A stretch of DNA of 63,997 bases, the filler included, from Octopus bimaculoides (Eukaryota), in assembly GCF_001194135.2 (NCBI RefSeq). It is 4 parts of 4 records of this genome, joined end to end, with 100 filler letters (N's around TTAATTAATTAA, not from the genome) between each part and the next. Parts side by side here need not be neighbours in the genome. Positions count along the whole stretch, not along the records: positions 1 to 25,280 come from NC_068982.1; positions 25,381 to 49,677 come from NC_068996.1; 2 more parts are not named here. One strand, given 5' to 3'. Under the pieces are notes generated by a model, which made no database searches, was not told where the DNA came from, and was given only the letters and a program-made list of their open reading frames with translations. Numbering within the stretch: position 1 is the first letter of the stretch; every line of letters begins with the position of its first letter. The position numbers and the translations under genes are program-made. Positions 24,176-36,189 of this stretch are shown here, piece after piece.

Positions 24176-24221
24176 AACACGACATTTCGGCTGATATACC
24201 CTCCAGACTTCTTCAGGTGTC
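24176..24221 (-). ncRNA. Minimal type-I hammerhead ribozyme motif, minus-strand variant
   Basis: Reverse complement reads GACAC-CTGAAGA-A-GTCTG(gagggtatat)CAGCC-GAAA-TG-TC-GTGTT. GUC triplet, one stem II mismatch. Confidence 0.65.
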
Positions 24222-24274
24222 TTGGGGAAATTTTGAACCTGGGTTCTCATTCCTAAGGTATTTTTTTGACGTTG

Positions 24275-24344
<70 letters not shown>

Positions 24345-24395
24345 CATTATTATTAAAGGTCACTGCCTGGAATCCAGGTCCGAAATTTTCCCCAA

Positions 24396-24441
24396 GACAC
24401 CTGATGAAGGCTGGAGGGTATATCAGCCGAAACGTTGTGTT
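24396..24441 (+). ncRNA. Minimal type-I hammerhead ribozyme motif (same family as 3337)
   Basis: GACAC-CTGATGA-A-GGCTG(gagggtatat)CAGCC-GAAA-CG-TT-GTGTT with a perfect 5-bp stem II. Confidence 0.75.
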
Positions 24442-24730
24442 AACAACAAACAAGATGAGGACAAATATCCGTCGAATATAAATTCCTTATGACATATCCG
24501 TGACGATGTTCTTATGATATAACTACGACAGTTCTTTATGACGTATCAATGAGGATTCCTGTGACATAACCATAATTCTTTATGACATACTTATGACTGT
24601 TGATGACGACATAACTGTCCTTGCTTTAATAACAATCATATGATGACCAATGTGGCATGAATTGCGGGCAATTGGTCAGGTCCGAAAATGACCGAGCTGT
24701 CCACTTAGATGACCATTCATTAATCTACAT

Positions 24731-24900
24731 CATTGGTTCTCAACCATTTTATTTACCTCTGGGGCCCCTTTGATACCTATTTCACATTACTGGACCCCAA
24801 TTACGATTTTTAAATAATATCCTGTTAATTGAATATTATTAGAAATTGTATAAAATGATTACTAAAATATTTTGTAGCAGTATAACCAATTTTAATTCGC
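24731..24900 (+). mobile_element. Possible hAT (Charlie-like) MITE left end
   Basis: CATTGGTTCTCAACC resembles the hAT terminus CAGTGGTTCTCAACC. No matching right end was found. Confidence 0.35.
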
Positions 24901-24921
24901 ATAAAGTTTAAAAACAAAGTT

Positions 24922-25083
24922 GCAGACGTGACTGTGTGGTAGGAAGCTTGCTTCCCAACCACATGGTTCCGGGTTCAGTCCCACTGCGTGGCACCTTGCG
25001 CAAATGTCTTCTACTATAGCCTGGGGCCGACCAAAGCCTTGTGAGTGGATTCGATAGACGGAATCTGAAAGAAGCCCGTCGTG
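24922..25083 (+). mobile_element. SINE family A, 5' half
   Basis: GTGTGGTAGGAAGCTTGCTTCCCAACCACATGGTTCCGGGTTCAGTCCC...AAGAAGCCCGTCG. Confidence 0.85.
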
Positions 25084-25280
25084 TGTATATATATATATAT
25101 TAGAAAAAATAATAAGGTACTCAGATATCTGAATAGTTGTACATTTACAGATTTTTATTAATATGTCACATGTTTTATAAATATTAGCGCTTGCACCTAT
25201 TCTTGTAGGTTCTTCAGATATGATTTCACTTCAGAGGATTTGTCTCTTTTTATAGTATTATTGAATGTGTAGGGGTGGAG

Positions 25281-25380
25281 NNNNNNNNNNNNNNNNNNNN
25301 NNNNNNNNNNNNNNNNNNNNNNNNTTAATTAATTAANNNNNNNNNNNNNNNNNNNNNNNNNNNNNNNNNNNNNNNNNNNN
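25281..25380. other. Artificial scaffold linker (44 N + TTAATTAATTAA + 44 N)
   Basis: Exactly 100 bp. The 12-mer has stop codons in all six frames. The same construct occurs three times. Confidence 0.95.
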
Positions 25381-25482
25381 AGTTAATCTGCCTTTGATAT
25401 TGCTGCACCTCTTATGTGTCCATAGCTTGCACCGGGTACATCTTATAGAGTTACTACCTATTCCTTTACTGTATATACATAT

Positions 25483-25646
25483 ATATGACGGGCTTCTTTC
25501 AGCTTCCGTCTACCAAATCCACTCACAAGGTTTTGGTTGGCCCGAGGCTATAGTAGAAGACACTTGCCCAAGGTGCCACGCAGTGGGACTGAACCCGGAA
25601 CCATGTGGTTGGTAAGCAAGCTACTTACCACACAGCTACTCCTGCT
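25483..25646 (-). mobile_element. SINE family A, 5' half (young, CpGs retained)
   Basis: Close to the family consensus seen in other copies. Confidence 0.85.
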
Positions 25647-27310
25647 TGATTTTTAATTATATTTTCAGTTGTGAAAATATATTAACATCTAATCCCTTGA
25701 AACTTATGCATTCTGCTTAACCAGCTATGTTTGTTTTGGTTGTTGTCCTGCATTATTTCATCTTTTTACTTTTGGGTTATGAAATATTTTTGTGTTGTAT
25801 TTATTTAACTGTTAAAGAAACGAAGGTAATACTCACGTCTTTTGATATTACTGGGATTGGTTGTTCATTCGCATCTGCAGGAAGACAATTCCAGATAATT
25901 TGAAGTTCTGGAGAGGATGGATCACAAAATTGTTAAGTGCAGGGTCTAGCAGGTGAGATACAGTGGTGGCTGATGAAGAGAGACTAGAAATAAAGCTTGA
26001 CTAGTTGATTAAGAGTGAAAGACAAGCACCTGGTTGTAGGGTGTGGATGGGATAGTTTTTGACAATGTTAAATGTTTCCCAAACTATCACAAGTATATTA
26101 TTACTATCATTATTCATTATTCATATACACATGGTGTGTGCATGTGTGTTTATCCATTCAAGTGATTTTCAATGTTGTTTTAGATGATTATTTGATTAAA
26201 TATTTGTAAATTCAAATTAAAATCTATGTAGCAGACAGGACAAGTGTTGGAGACATTGCTACGAGTGTTACCATGTCCTTTTATTCAGTATTTCTTCAGA
26301 CATCCTGGAATGAGACAAATGTCTTGGATTAATTCTTTGGTTTCACAATAAAAATTTAATAGCATGATGGTGTAATTTAATGATACATTAATTATTTTGG
26401 CATCAAATGTCCACCCCCAGAATTTTATTCCGATATTATTTTGGAGAAAATATGTACAAAATTTATTATTGTTAAATGCTGCTATCATATAATATTTGTT
26501 AAATAGCATTCAGCTGATGCATTTTGTACAAACAACAATTAATTAATGTGAGATTAAATTACACTTTTTACACTTGTAGTTTTCAATCTTTGGAAGATGG
26601 TGATGATGATGATGGGGGTTTCAAATTTTGGTACAATGCCAGCAACTTTTTGAGGGTAGGATGGTTGTCAATTAGATTGAGCCCTGTTCTCAACTCATTT
26701 GTGTGTGACAGCTAAATCAATTTGCTATATGCAAGACCACATCAACTCCCAGAAATTTAAGGAACTTTTTTTTCAGATTGCTTTTAATATTAACACAGAT
26801 ATCAGAGTAGAAATGTTCATATAATTTATGAATCAAGAGATTGTTTAACATACGCCTGCACACACACACACACACACACACACACTTTACTGTGCCATTC
26901 CCCTAAAGGTACTTGAGTCCTGTCTACTTTCCTGCTTACCAAAACTTCATCTTTGCTAAGTTTACCTTGATGCCTATCAATTGTGTAGGTTTAGCTTCCA
27001 TGCTTGGAGTTTCCTCTCTAATTCCTCAATAGATATCTACAAATAGGAGTTTGCATAAACCCTTTTGTTACCAATCCACCTGAAACAGCCCTTAGTTCTA
27101 TGAGACAAACTAGTTTTTCTAAATTGATCTGCATTAAAATCTTCCAAAATTTCATGTTAATTTATATTTCAAACACCAGCTTAATAATGACAATTATTTT
27201 ATTAAGCTCTTCATTATTTTCAAAATTAATTGAAAACAATGGTAGTATATTTTAACAGAAATATAGTAACAGAAATGCCTCTGTGATGGCCTGTAGAAGG
27301 AAGATGAATA

Positions 27311-27740
27311 TCAGAGGATTGAGAACTGGACCCCTACCTTCACAAGAAATTCATCACTGAAATCATTGACTCTTACTTTACTTTCTGTTTCTTTGTCCAT
27401 AGCTTGTGTACCCCTCACAAGCCATTTGTTTACATTTATTTTCCTAAGTAACCACCAAATTATTGTATGTAGCACCCTGTTAAATACCTTCTCCATGTCA
27501 ACAAATGCCATAAAAATTGGTTTACTCTTAGACAAGTATTTTACCTGTAGCTTCTTACTAGGAAGATTACATTTATGGTACCTCTTCCAAGCATACAACT
27601 AAACTACATTTCATCAAGGACTAACTCTGCTACTGATCAGTTCTGTTATGACTCTGGCTTTCATATCCTTGTCCGACATTTTGATTCTTGTTCATTTCTT
27701 CTCTCTGAAACATCTTTTCCCTTGTAGCAGTTCACAATGA
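27311..27740 (-). mobile_element. RTE-clade LINE reverse-transcriptase fragment
   Basis: FMAFVDMEKVFNRV...SKVRVNDFSDEFLVKVGVQ matches the RT motifs FVDLEKAFDRV and VGVHQG. Confidence 0.8.
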
Positions 27741-28001
27741 TTATTGCTACACCAGTCATTGGCTATGTAAATATATATCTGTATAATGTTTTTTTTTGTG
27801 TGTGTGTGTGTGTATGGCTATGTGGTTAAGTTCGCTTCCCAACCATGTGGCTTTGGGTTCTGTCCCATTGTGAAGCTCCCAGAGGAAGTGCCTTCTGCCA
27901 TAACCTCAGACCAACCAATGCCTTGTGAGTAGATTTGATAGATGGATATTGTAAGAAGCCCATCATGTATGTATATATGTGTGCATACACAATGTACAGA
28001 C

Positions 28002-28059
<58 letters not shown>

Positions 28060-28099
28060 GTTGAACCATTAATCCCTAGATGCTTTTTTTCGTTCTCTA

Positions 28100-28320
28100 T
28101 TTTTTTCCTCTCAATCCTTTGTCAAAGAGTATTGGCTCGAAATACATCAAAGATTTTTTCCATTCTTCCTAATACACCTGCTTGTTTCTTCACCTGTCTT
28201 CGTCTTTTGTTTTCTGTAAATTTGAACTGTATACATTTATTGTGTTTGTCTCCTTGCCTTAACATCACACAACAGTTATAAACAAGCTTCACTGCTGTAC
28301 AAGCTATGTCCTTTGTTTTT
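28100..28320 (-). pseudogene. Possible Tigger-like transposase N-terminal remnant
   Basis: KRRRQVKKQAGVLGRMEKIF resembles Tigger RKRNSLIADMEKVL (recalled). Short and degenerate. Confidence 0.35.
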
Positions 28321-29014
28321 AGTCTTCCATGAAAATGTGGGAAAATATCATAGTGTTTGGAAATGAGTGAGGTTGGCAAAAGGAAGGGAAGCTGCTTAAA
28401 GAAAAATTCTAAACTATTTTTTGTGAGCTATACAAACATGGAAAACTGGATAGTGATGATAATGATGATGTCCACTTATCTTCAGACAAGCATGTGCTTT
28501 GTCAAAAATCTTAAGATTACCTCCTCTTTTCATATGGAGGTCGTTTTGATTGCCATGGGTAATTATAAATCTGCCAGAGGCACAGATAATTTTAATAAAT
28601 CAAGAATTTATGTTGTATGGTATTTGATATATCTGTATTTGTGTTTTTTGTTGTTTTTTTTCAAATACATACCACTGGCCACTCTAAGTTCTCTTAGCTC
28701 ATTTTTGTTTAATACATACTTATACATGTGTGTGTGTGTATAATCTTGACTAAATTTGTTTTATATTCTGCAGAGCTCATATACAAGAGTTCAATTTACC
28801 CCAATGGTTAAAATTGGCTCATGAAAATTATAAACTTTCTCTAGCAGGGTGCATGAGAAAATCTTTGCAATTTAAAGGGGTGAAGAAATTCTTACCACTG
28901 AGGAATACAGTAATTGTTAAATGTAATTGTTTTGGGTCCTTTTATATGTGCGCATGCACACACACACACACACACACACAAATACATTTTGTGGCAAAAT
29001 AAACAAAATAATAA

Positions 29015-29388
29015 TAAGAGCACTCAGAGTGCGCAAACCTCTGCCAAGGCAACACCGTCATCTCAACGATTAGCCAGAGATGATTTTTAAAATGAGAATA
29101 TTTGAAATAAACTCGACTGCTCTCACAAACGAGAATACTAAAAATGAACCCGACTGCTCTCAAAAATTAAGTAAAAAAAAAATAAAAACTGGCAAAATAT
29201 TCCAGAATCCTTGTCTGGTATGAAATCGATCCCGAAATCTAATCAGTTCATGCCAGTCACGAGGCCAAACATACCTGAAAATTTCATCCAAATTCATCTA
29301 GCAGTTCTTGAGATATTTTGTCCATGGACAAACAAACAAACACTACTGAAGACAATACCTCCGCCTTTGCTAAGGCAGGGGTAATAAA
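29015..29388 (+). mobile_element. Helentron/HINE (DINE-1-like) non-autonomous rolling-circle element
   Basis: 5' subterminal ACCTCTGCC is complementary to the 3' GGCAGGGGT, 3' hairpin 29357-29382, (ACAA)n seed, AAATTTCATCCAAAT core typical of non-autonomous Helitron-class elements. Confidence 0.6.
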
Positions 29389-29493
29389 TAATTTTCATCT
29401 TAACATGATTCTATTGATGTTAAACCATGCCATCACCTTCCTCCCTGCTGTCCATTTTATCACTCTGTAATTTATATTTCTTTTTTCCCTCAG

Positions 29494-29676
29494 GTTCCAG
29501 ATACCTCCCAACAAAGTCTGTCTGTCAGAAGAGAAAGTAGCTCGCCAATTACAAGAGCTATCCATTAGCCCAGATTCATATTCTTGCTTATCCCGATCAT
29601 CAATGTGTGACTTTTCCCAAGATGAACAACGTTCAGAAAATATCAGCCACTGGCAGGCAATGAATAAAACAAAAGA
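29494..29676 (+). CDS. CCDC117: Internal coding exon A of a CCDC117/HCFC1R1-like gene: (x)FQIPPNKVCLSEEKVARQLQELSISPDSYSCLSRSSMCDFSQDEQRSENISHWQAMNKTK(E)
   Basis: Acceptor ttttttccctcag|G, donor GA|gtaagt, 183 nt, phase 2-2, open frame. KVCLSEEKVARQLQELSI resembles HCFC1R1 KQFLSEENMATHFSQLSL (recalled human sequence). The symbol is a family-level call. Confidence 0.8.
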
Positions 29677-30270
29677 GTAAGTTTATATTTTATCATTTAA
29701 TATATCTATTGATAGAATAAATTTATGAAATCATCTTTGAGTGAGTTTATTATTATTATTATTAAGGCAGCAAGCTGGCCGAATTGTTAGTATTCTGGAC
29801 AAAATGCTCAGTGGTATTTTATCAGTCTTTGTGTTGAGTTTGAATTCTGTTGAGGTTCACTTTATGAGGTCGATAAAATAAGTAACCAGTTGAGCTTTGG
29901 GGGTCAGTGTAATCAACTAGCTCCTTTTCCCCAAATTTCCAGCCTTTGCCTATAGTAGAAAGGATTCTTCTTATTATTTTAGTAGTAGAGGTAGTAGTAG
30001 ATAGTGGAAAGAATTATTATTGCTTGGAAGGCTGCTGAATTGCCAGAATTGTTAGAGTATAAGTACCTTTATTGTTCTGGGTTGATCTTTTTTGTAGATC
30101 AATCCTTCCACCCTCTAAATTGGTGATTTTGTTTTTATCTAAGAATCAATTATTGCTAGGAGCATGGCAGTGGCATTTATATCTGCTTCTCCATACTGGC
30201 ACGCACTGGATATTCACAGACCAGAAGTATTGCCATCACAAACAGGCACTATTACTTCAGTACTGAGCTA

Positions 30271-30708
30271 CATATCGTCGACTTACAACCACAATTGGTT
30301 CTGACTGACTGGTTGTAAGACGATTTGGTTGTAAGTTGGCCTGTATATTTTTACACTCTTAAGGTACATTCTCAGGTAAAAGTCACACAGCATTCTGTAT
30401 TATATTATTATATTGGTGTTAGTCAAAAATTTCGGAGTTTCAAGCAGTTGTCTTATAAACAAATACGAGGTTGCCTCAATGTCTCCACAACAGGATAGTC
30501 ATCCTACACGGTGGCGATTGATAACCAAACGTAGGGGAAGCATTTGTTAGTTGACATCATCCATAAACAAATACGAGGTTGCCTCTAAGAAATTAAACCC
30601 ATTAGATTTCAACTGGACCAGTTATTATTGCTGTCGGGAGCTGGCATGCCAATTGTCGTAAAGTTGATCGGTTGTAAGTTAGGTAGGTCATAAGTCAACA
30701 ACGACCTG
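30271..30708. mobile_element. Tigger/pogo-type MITE
   Basis: TA on both flanks, degenerate TIRs containing GTCGACTTACAAC and GTTGACTTATGAC, internal direct repeat ATAAACAAATACGAGGTTGCCTC present twice. Confidence 0.65.
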
Positions 30709-32373
30709 TATTAAATTTTGTTTCTCTATTTCTCAATTAAAATTCTTTTCTGCTAGGGTCGATGAATACTGGTCATATGAGAATGGATTTAACTTCATGT
30801 ATCTTTTCTACAAATTTGTAACTTCTTTTGCCGAAGTTAGAAATCATTATTATTCCCGTCACTGACAGTTGACTCAAATGAAGTTGATTGTGTCATCAAT
30901 CAATCAGCCAACCTTCTAAGTGAACAGCAATTCCCAATCAGCCAGGATTCACAGTATGGGTTGTAACGTTCATCCTTTCAAGTGCTGAACTCAAAACATC
31001 ACTTGCAAGACCTCCATTCGGGTGGTTTTTCTGAGTCACAATCTTGCCCTTGTATGCCACTTCATCACAAAAGTTACCCATTTACATCTGAGTGAACTGG
31101 AACACTCAGTGTTTGCAGTGTTTTGCTCAAGAACACAAATACCAGTCTTGGAGTCGAAACCATGATCTTGCAATCCTAAATTCAACACTAATCATTAGGC
31201 CACACAAAATCATATTGTGTAATTTTGCTTCAATTCTTGTTTCTGTAATGTTACTCTTAGAGGTTGTTTTAACTATCTGATAAAATTCCTTTGAAACCAT
31301 TATTTTGAAAATCTTTTACGTTTAAGACCTTTTTATACAGAGATTATCTATAATGAGGATGGCAAGAAGTAAGTTAGGCATTCTCTGCATGGACGTGTAA
31401 TGTTAGTGTGCATATATGACAGAAGGCAAACTGAGGGAAGGCTAGATACAGATGTGATGTGAATGGAGGATAACAGTTGGATTTAAAGAAGTACCAAGGA
31501 AGGAATATGTGGGAGAGGATCATATGGAAAGTCCAGCATGTAGCATGTCACCTGTATATATATATATATATAGTATATGTACACACATACATAAACACTC
31601 ATGCACGCACACACGCACACTCTCTCTCTCTCTCTCTCTCACACATACACACACTCACTCACTTTCTCTCTCTTTCTCACACACACTCACTCACCCACTC
31701 TCATGCAAGTAACTCAGACGTGGCAGTGTGGTTAAGAAGTTTACTTCCGTACAGTGTAACTTCGGTTTCAGGCCCATTTGCAGAGTACCTTTGACTTATG
31801 TTTTCTGTTATATCTCCGATCCTTGTGAGTGAATTTAGTAGATATGAACTAAAAGAAGTCAATTGTGTGCGTGCGCACACTGTATGTTTGTTTACATTTG
31901 TACTCTAGCAGCTGCTACAAGTGTTGTCACTTCTCCAGTAAACAACTTGTCATCTTTCTTCACCCTTTCTAGTTGTGTGAAAACAAGAGATGCTTCAATA
32001 ATTTGTACGTTTGTGTTTGTAACTACATTGTTTTCCAAGGGGAGGTCACTCCTTAAAAAGTGATCTAAATCGAAGTAAATTCTGTCGTTTTATGAATAGA
32101 GGTAAATAAAATATCCTCTGTAGAGGAATGTAATTTAATAAAACTCTTGACTGTATTGCTCCAGCATATGGCCACAGTCAGATGACTGAAACTAGTAAAA
32201 GAATGTATTATACACCCAAACACATTTATTTTTTACAGTTAGCTTATGGCAGCTTAATGGCTTTATTACATTCTGCTTCCTATGTAGTTTCCCTTCGACT
32301 ATGTTGATTTCCAGTAAGTAACCTTGATTGTTCTGGGCATTTTATTATGCATTATTATACAATTCTTTTTCAG

Positions 32374-32466
32374 AAACAAGTCAGATACTAGTTTAGCAGA
32401 TATGGATGAAAGCAGTAATGTCTTAAAAACTAAAACTAGAAATCCCCGGAGTGTTGTTCAAGATAT
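32374..32466 (+). CDS. CCDC117: Internal coding exon B: (E)NKSDTSLADMDESSNVLKTKTRNPRSVVQD(I)
   Basis: Acceptor ttctttttcag|A, donor AT|gtaagc, 93 nt, phase 2-2, keeps the frame between exons A and C. Confidence 0.75.
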
Positions 32467-32612
32467 GTAAGCTTATTTCAGTCATATTTATTGACATTCA
32501 TGTATTGTAACTGTATTTATATAAAATATTATTATCTGTTATGATCTATGTACCATGTTCAACAGGTTGGCAAAAATGTAGAAGATAACATTGTAACATT
32601 TAATTCCTTTTC

Positions 32613-32985
32613 ATTCATCATCATCATACGTCTGTTTTCCATGCTAACATGGGTTGGGTAGCTTGACTGAAAACTGGTAAGCTGGGGAGCTGTACCAAGT
32701 ACCGATCTGATTTCACATGGTTTCTATGGCTGGATGCCCTTCCTAATGCCAACCACTCCAAGAATGTAGTGGGTGCTTTTTACCTCTCGTCAGCATGTGT
32801 GCAAGTCTTCTCATGCACAGTATATCACCAAAGGTCTCCGTCACTTGTAACTACCTCTGTGAGGCCCACTGTTCAAAGGGTGCTTTTTACTTGTCAGTTA
32901 CGCAATACTGGCATCAGCCACGACTGTGATCTCATTTGGCTTGATGGGTCTTCTCAAGCACAGCATATCACCAAAGGTCTACATT
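32613..32985 (-). mobile_element. 3' end of an RTE LINE, CpG-decayed
   Basis: Same family as 41918. Minus strand DLW*YAVLEKTHQAK. Confidence 0.7.
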
Positions 32986-34612
32986 ATAAGTTCTTGCTCT
33001 TCCTATTACCAACCCTTACCTATTTTCATCTAAGATATCATTTCTGCTGTTTTATTTTTTTTTTTTTCAAACAACCAACAAAGAGCTCAATAGTTGGACA
33101 TGCTTTTGCAGAAGATTGTAAATGAATGATGGTGGCTTTTGTTTATACTTAGTGCACATGTGATGATCGAATAAACAAACACCTTGCTTAATACAATGGG
33201 CTTCCACACTATTTCCATGTGCCAAATTGACTTACAAGGCTTTGGTCATCAGCCAGCAGCTATTGTAGACGACACTAGCTGACGTGTCTGTTCAGTAGGA
33301 TCAAACCCTAAGTGGAGTGGGTGGTTAGCAAACCTATTAACCACGCAGCCATGCTGTTTTCTCTCTCTCTGGTACTCCATTGGTTACAACACCAAGGGTT
33401 CCTGCTGGTCTGATCAATGAAACTGCCTGCTTGTTAAATTAACATGCGAGTGGCTGAATGCTCCACAAACACGTGTACCATTAACATAGTTCTCAAAGAG
33501 ATTCAGTGTGACACAGAGTGTGACAAGGCTGGTCCTTTGAAATAGAGGTACTACTCATTTTTACTAGTTGAGTAGGCTGGTGCAACGTGAAATAAAGTGT
33601 CTTGCTCCATTGAGAAATTGAACTCATAACCTTGCAATTGAAAGCTGAATACTTTAACCACTAAGCCATGCACCTTCACAATGAATCTCCTCCTGTTCAT
33701 ACTATTACTGCTCTGGACATCTCACCTAAGCTCATCATTCTTTTGTAGGAGCCCTTTAGTCATGTGAGAAAGACAGCGCAATGTTTGAGAAGGTTCTTAA
33801 AGTTTGCCAAAGGCAAGGTAATTTCTATAGTACCATTGTGACACAGAATGGCCCTTTGAAATACAGGTACTACTCATTTTTGTCGCTGAGTGAACTCGAG
33901 CAACATGAAATGGTGCCTTGCTCAAGGACCCAATGCATCTATGAAGTGCTTGGGGCTAGGTGGGGTATTCAGCTTTAGAATACCAAAACTGAAACATTGT
34001 TGCAAGATATGATCCTCCAGTCTTGGTTTTTGTTTAGCTATCTAGCCACGGCAGGATGGATAATGAATGTATGATGATGATGATGGTCTATAGTTTTGTA
34101 GTTATCAGTTTACTTACACCTTTCCTCCTAACTACTGCAGCTCTGTAAATGTGTATAGCACAGTCGCTACTTCACTCTTCATCGATGGCTGTTTTTACTT
34201 TCACATTCCCCCTTCACTCACTCTCTTTTAATCCTTAGCTTCTCTTAACCCCCCTCACATCTTATTTCTTTTCTTTTGTCTTTCTCTTCGTTTTTGAACA
34301 TTTGCAAGTATAATGTGAGTGAATCTTTTAACCAAATGAGCTATTGAAGCACCAAGGAACAATGTGATCTTCCTACAGTCTATCTACAGCAAATCATGTG
34401 GTGGAACACATTCCTCTCCAAATTACAATATTGTTGCGAGAGTTGAAATTGTGTTGCAGAAATTATTGAAACACTTATCAGATATCCAATGCTCTCACTA
34501 TTTACACTTGTTTGCACCATATCTTTTTCTATAATACATTGTAATAGCTAGAGACATTTAAAGATGTCTTAGTCTCATGTAAGGTCTACTGCTAGAGAAT
34601 GTGAACTATTAA

Positions 34613-34833
34613 CCCTTTAGCATTTAAACTGGCCATATCCGGCCAAAAGTATTCTGCCTGTTTTATGTTCAAACTGGCCAGATCTGGTCTCTCATACCAA
34701 CCCTACAATATTGTTTTAAAAATTAACAGCTACCTCATCAAAATCTCATAGCTACAAGATAATGTATGATTAGTTCAAAACAATGTAGATGAAAAAGCAT
34801 TAATTTTGGCAGAATAATGCGAACACTAAAGGG
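34613..34833. mobile_element. piggyBac-type MITE (221 bp)
   Basis: TTAA|CCCTTTAG ... CTAAAGGG|TTAA: exact 8-bp TIRs and TTAA target duplication. Confidence 0.85.
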
Positions 34834-35172
34834 TTAAACTCTTTTCATTTTCTTCCATCTGTGACTGAAGTCTCAAACCAATGAGAATGCTGGTTGCCCT
34901 GTAAGAAATAACAATCAAATCTCCCTCAAAAATCAAACATTGCTGTTAAAAAACTGGTCAGTGTAGTTCTAGTTAAAGAAAAATATGGGAAGGTCATGAC
35001 TGGAACATTTTTGATCTGGGGTTAAACAACAGTTACAATCTGGTGATATGTAGTTCTCTCTGAAATAGTTTATGAAGCAGAGGAAAATTTATAAATACTA
35101 AAATATGACTATTTAGTAAGAATCTTGGTAATATTCTTGAAATTAAAGTTGTTACATTTTCTTAAATTCTAG

Positions 35173-35298
35173 AATTGATGAAGATGAAAATGAAAGCTCT
35201 GAAAATAAAACAAAAAGGTCTCTTCATATTTGGGAAGACCTTAGCAAGGATATACTAGCTCCCAAAAATGTCTTGCCAAGGAAAATTATTGAAGAAAT
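35173..35298 (+). CDS. CCDC117: Internal coding exon C: (I)IDEDENESSENKTKRSLHIWEDLSKDILAPKNVLPRKIIEE(I)
   Basis: Acceptor ttaaattctag|A, donor AT|gtgagt, 126 nt, phase 2-2. IIDEDE and LPRKIIEE resemble CCDC117 RIIDEDEE and FTKKMIES (recalled). Confidence 0.85.
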
Positions 35299-36018
35299 GT
35301 GAGTCTCAGGATTTTCTCCCTACAACATGAGAAAAAAAAAAATTATTGCAAAATTTAAAAATCTTATTTTGTTTAATAAAGACATTAAAATTATTGGGAC
35401 TTTGTTTTTATAAGTTTATTTTAACTTTTATTTTTTTAATTTTTTTTCTTTACTCTATTCTTTCCTTAAATGAATCTCTTTGCACTTTGAAATATTTTAA
35501 AGATAGTTCAGTTTCGCAGTTTTACTTAACTGGTAGAAATTTTTTTTGCTTGGATTTTCTTAAGAGCATTAAATATAAAATTTAATAGAATTTATTTAAA
35601 CAAACTGTGCTCGTCTTTGCATATTTGCAAGCATGTGTGTGTATGTGAGTACACATACATATATATACATATATATATATATTTGAAAGAATTTCTGAAA
35701 TAACCTTTTTTTTTTCTATAAGAAAAAGCTTGTTTTTTTTGAAAATCAGTTTAAAAATATCAATCATTTTAAATGTCAAAATTTTAATTCAACCAAAAAT
35801 AACAGAGTACATTTAAAAGAAGTTGTATGAATTTTTAAAGATAAAGTTGCATTAATTTAATGTAATTAATCATACAACTTGTATTGTCTACATGTATTTT
35901 GTTGATAAATATAGGATCTAAATAATAAACATTATTTGTATTAAAGAGTAATGAAATGTGCTGATTTAATCTCTCGTAACAGCACATAAGTTGGTGTTTC
36001 TGATCTTTGTTCTTCTAG

Positions 36019-36189
36019 TATTTCAACACCAAAACCTTGCCTAGATGTGGTATTGTGGCGGCCACCAGATGTTTTGGCTAATGTAGTAAAACAATCTCCT
36101 GAAAATACTTTTCCTAGTAACAACATCACCCAAGACCAGCCAACTCAGGAGGAATTACCGAAAAGTGCCTTAAATTTTCCAGATATTAG
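36019..36189 (+). CDS. CCDC117: Internal coding exon D: (I)ISTPKPCLDVVLWRPPDVLANVVKQSPENTFPSNNITQDQPTQEELPKSALNFPDI(S/R)
   Basis: Acceptor ctttgttcttctag|T, donor AG|gtgagt, 171 nt, phase 2-2. KPCLDVVLWRPP resembles CCDC117 RPSMELVLWKP and HCFC1R1 SPCSELLLWRYP (recalled). Confidence 0.85.

Larger units (their letters stand above)
24086..24480. mobile_element. Head-to-head inverted pair of the PLE-derived repeat separated by (TTA)n
   Basis: 24144-24243 is the near reverse complement of 24374-24473. Confidence 0.75.

Noticed and set aside
24070-24492. AATTCCTTATGA on both sides of the inverted PLE pair as a target-site duplication
   Set aside because: The same word is the unit of the adjacent ~24-bp tandem repeat (24480-24610), so a TSD cannot be distinguished from it.
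25325-25336. TTAATTAATTAA as a biological motif (also 49722 and 56254)
   Set aside because: Always centred between exactly 44 N on each side; an artificial six-frame-stop spacer.
28357-28743. 128-aa + strand ORF as first exon of the CCDC117-like gene
   Set aside because: The only plausible donor gives phase 0, not the required phase 2. There is no family motif, and it adjoins a probable transposase remnant on the other strand.
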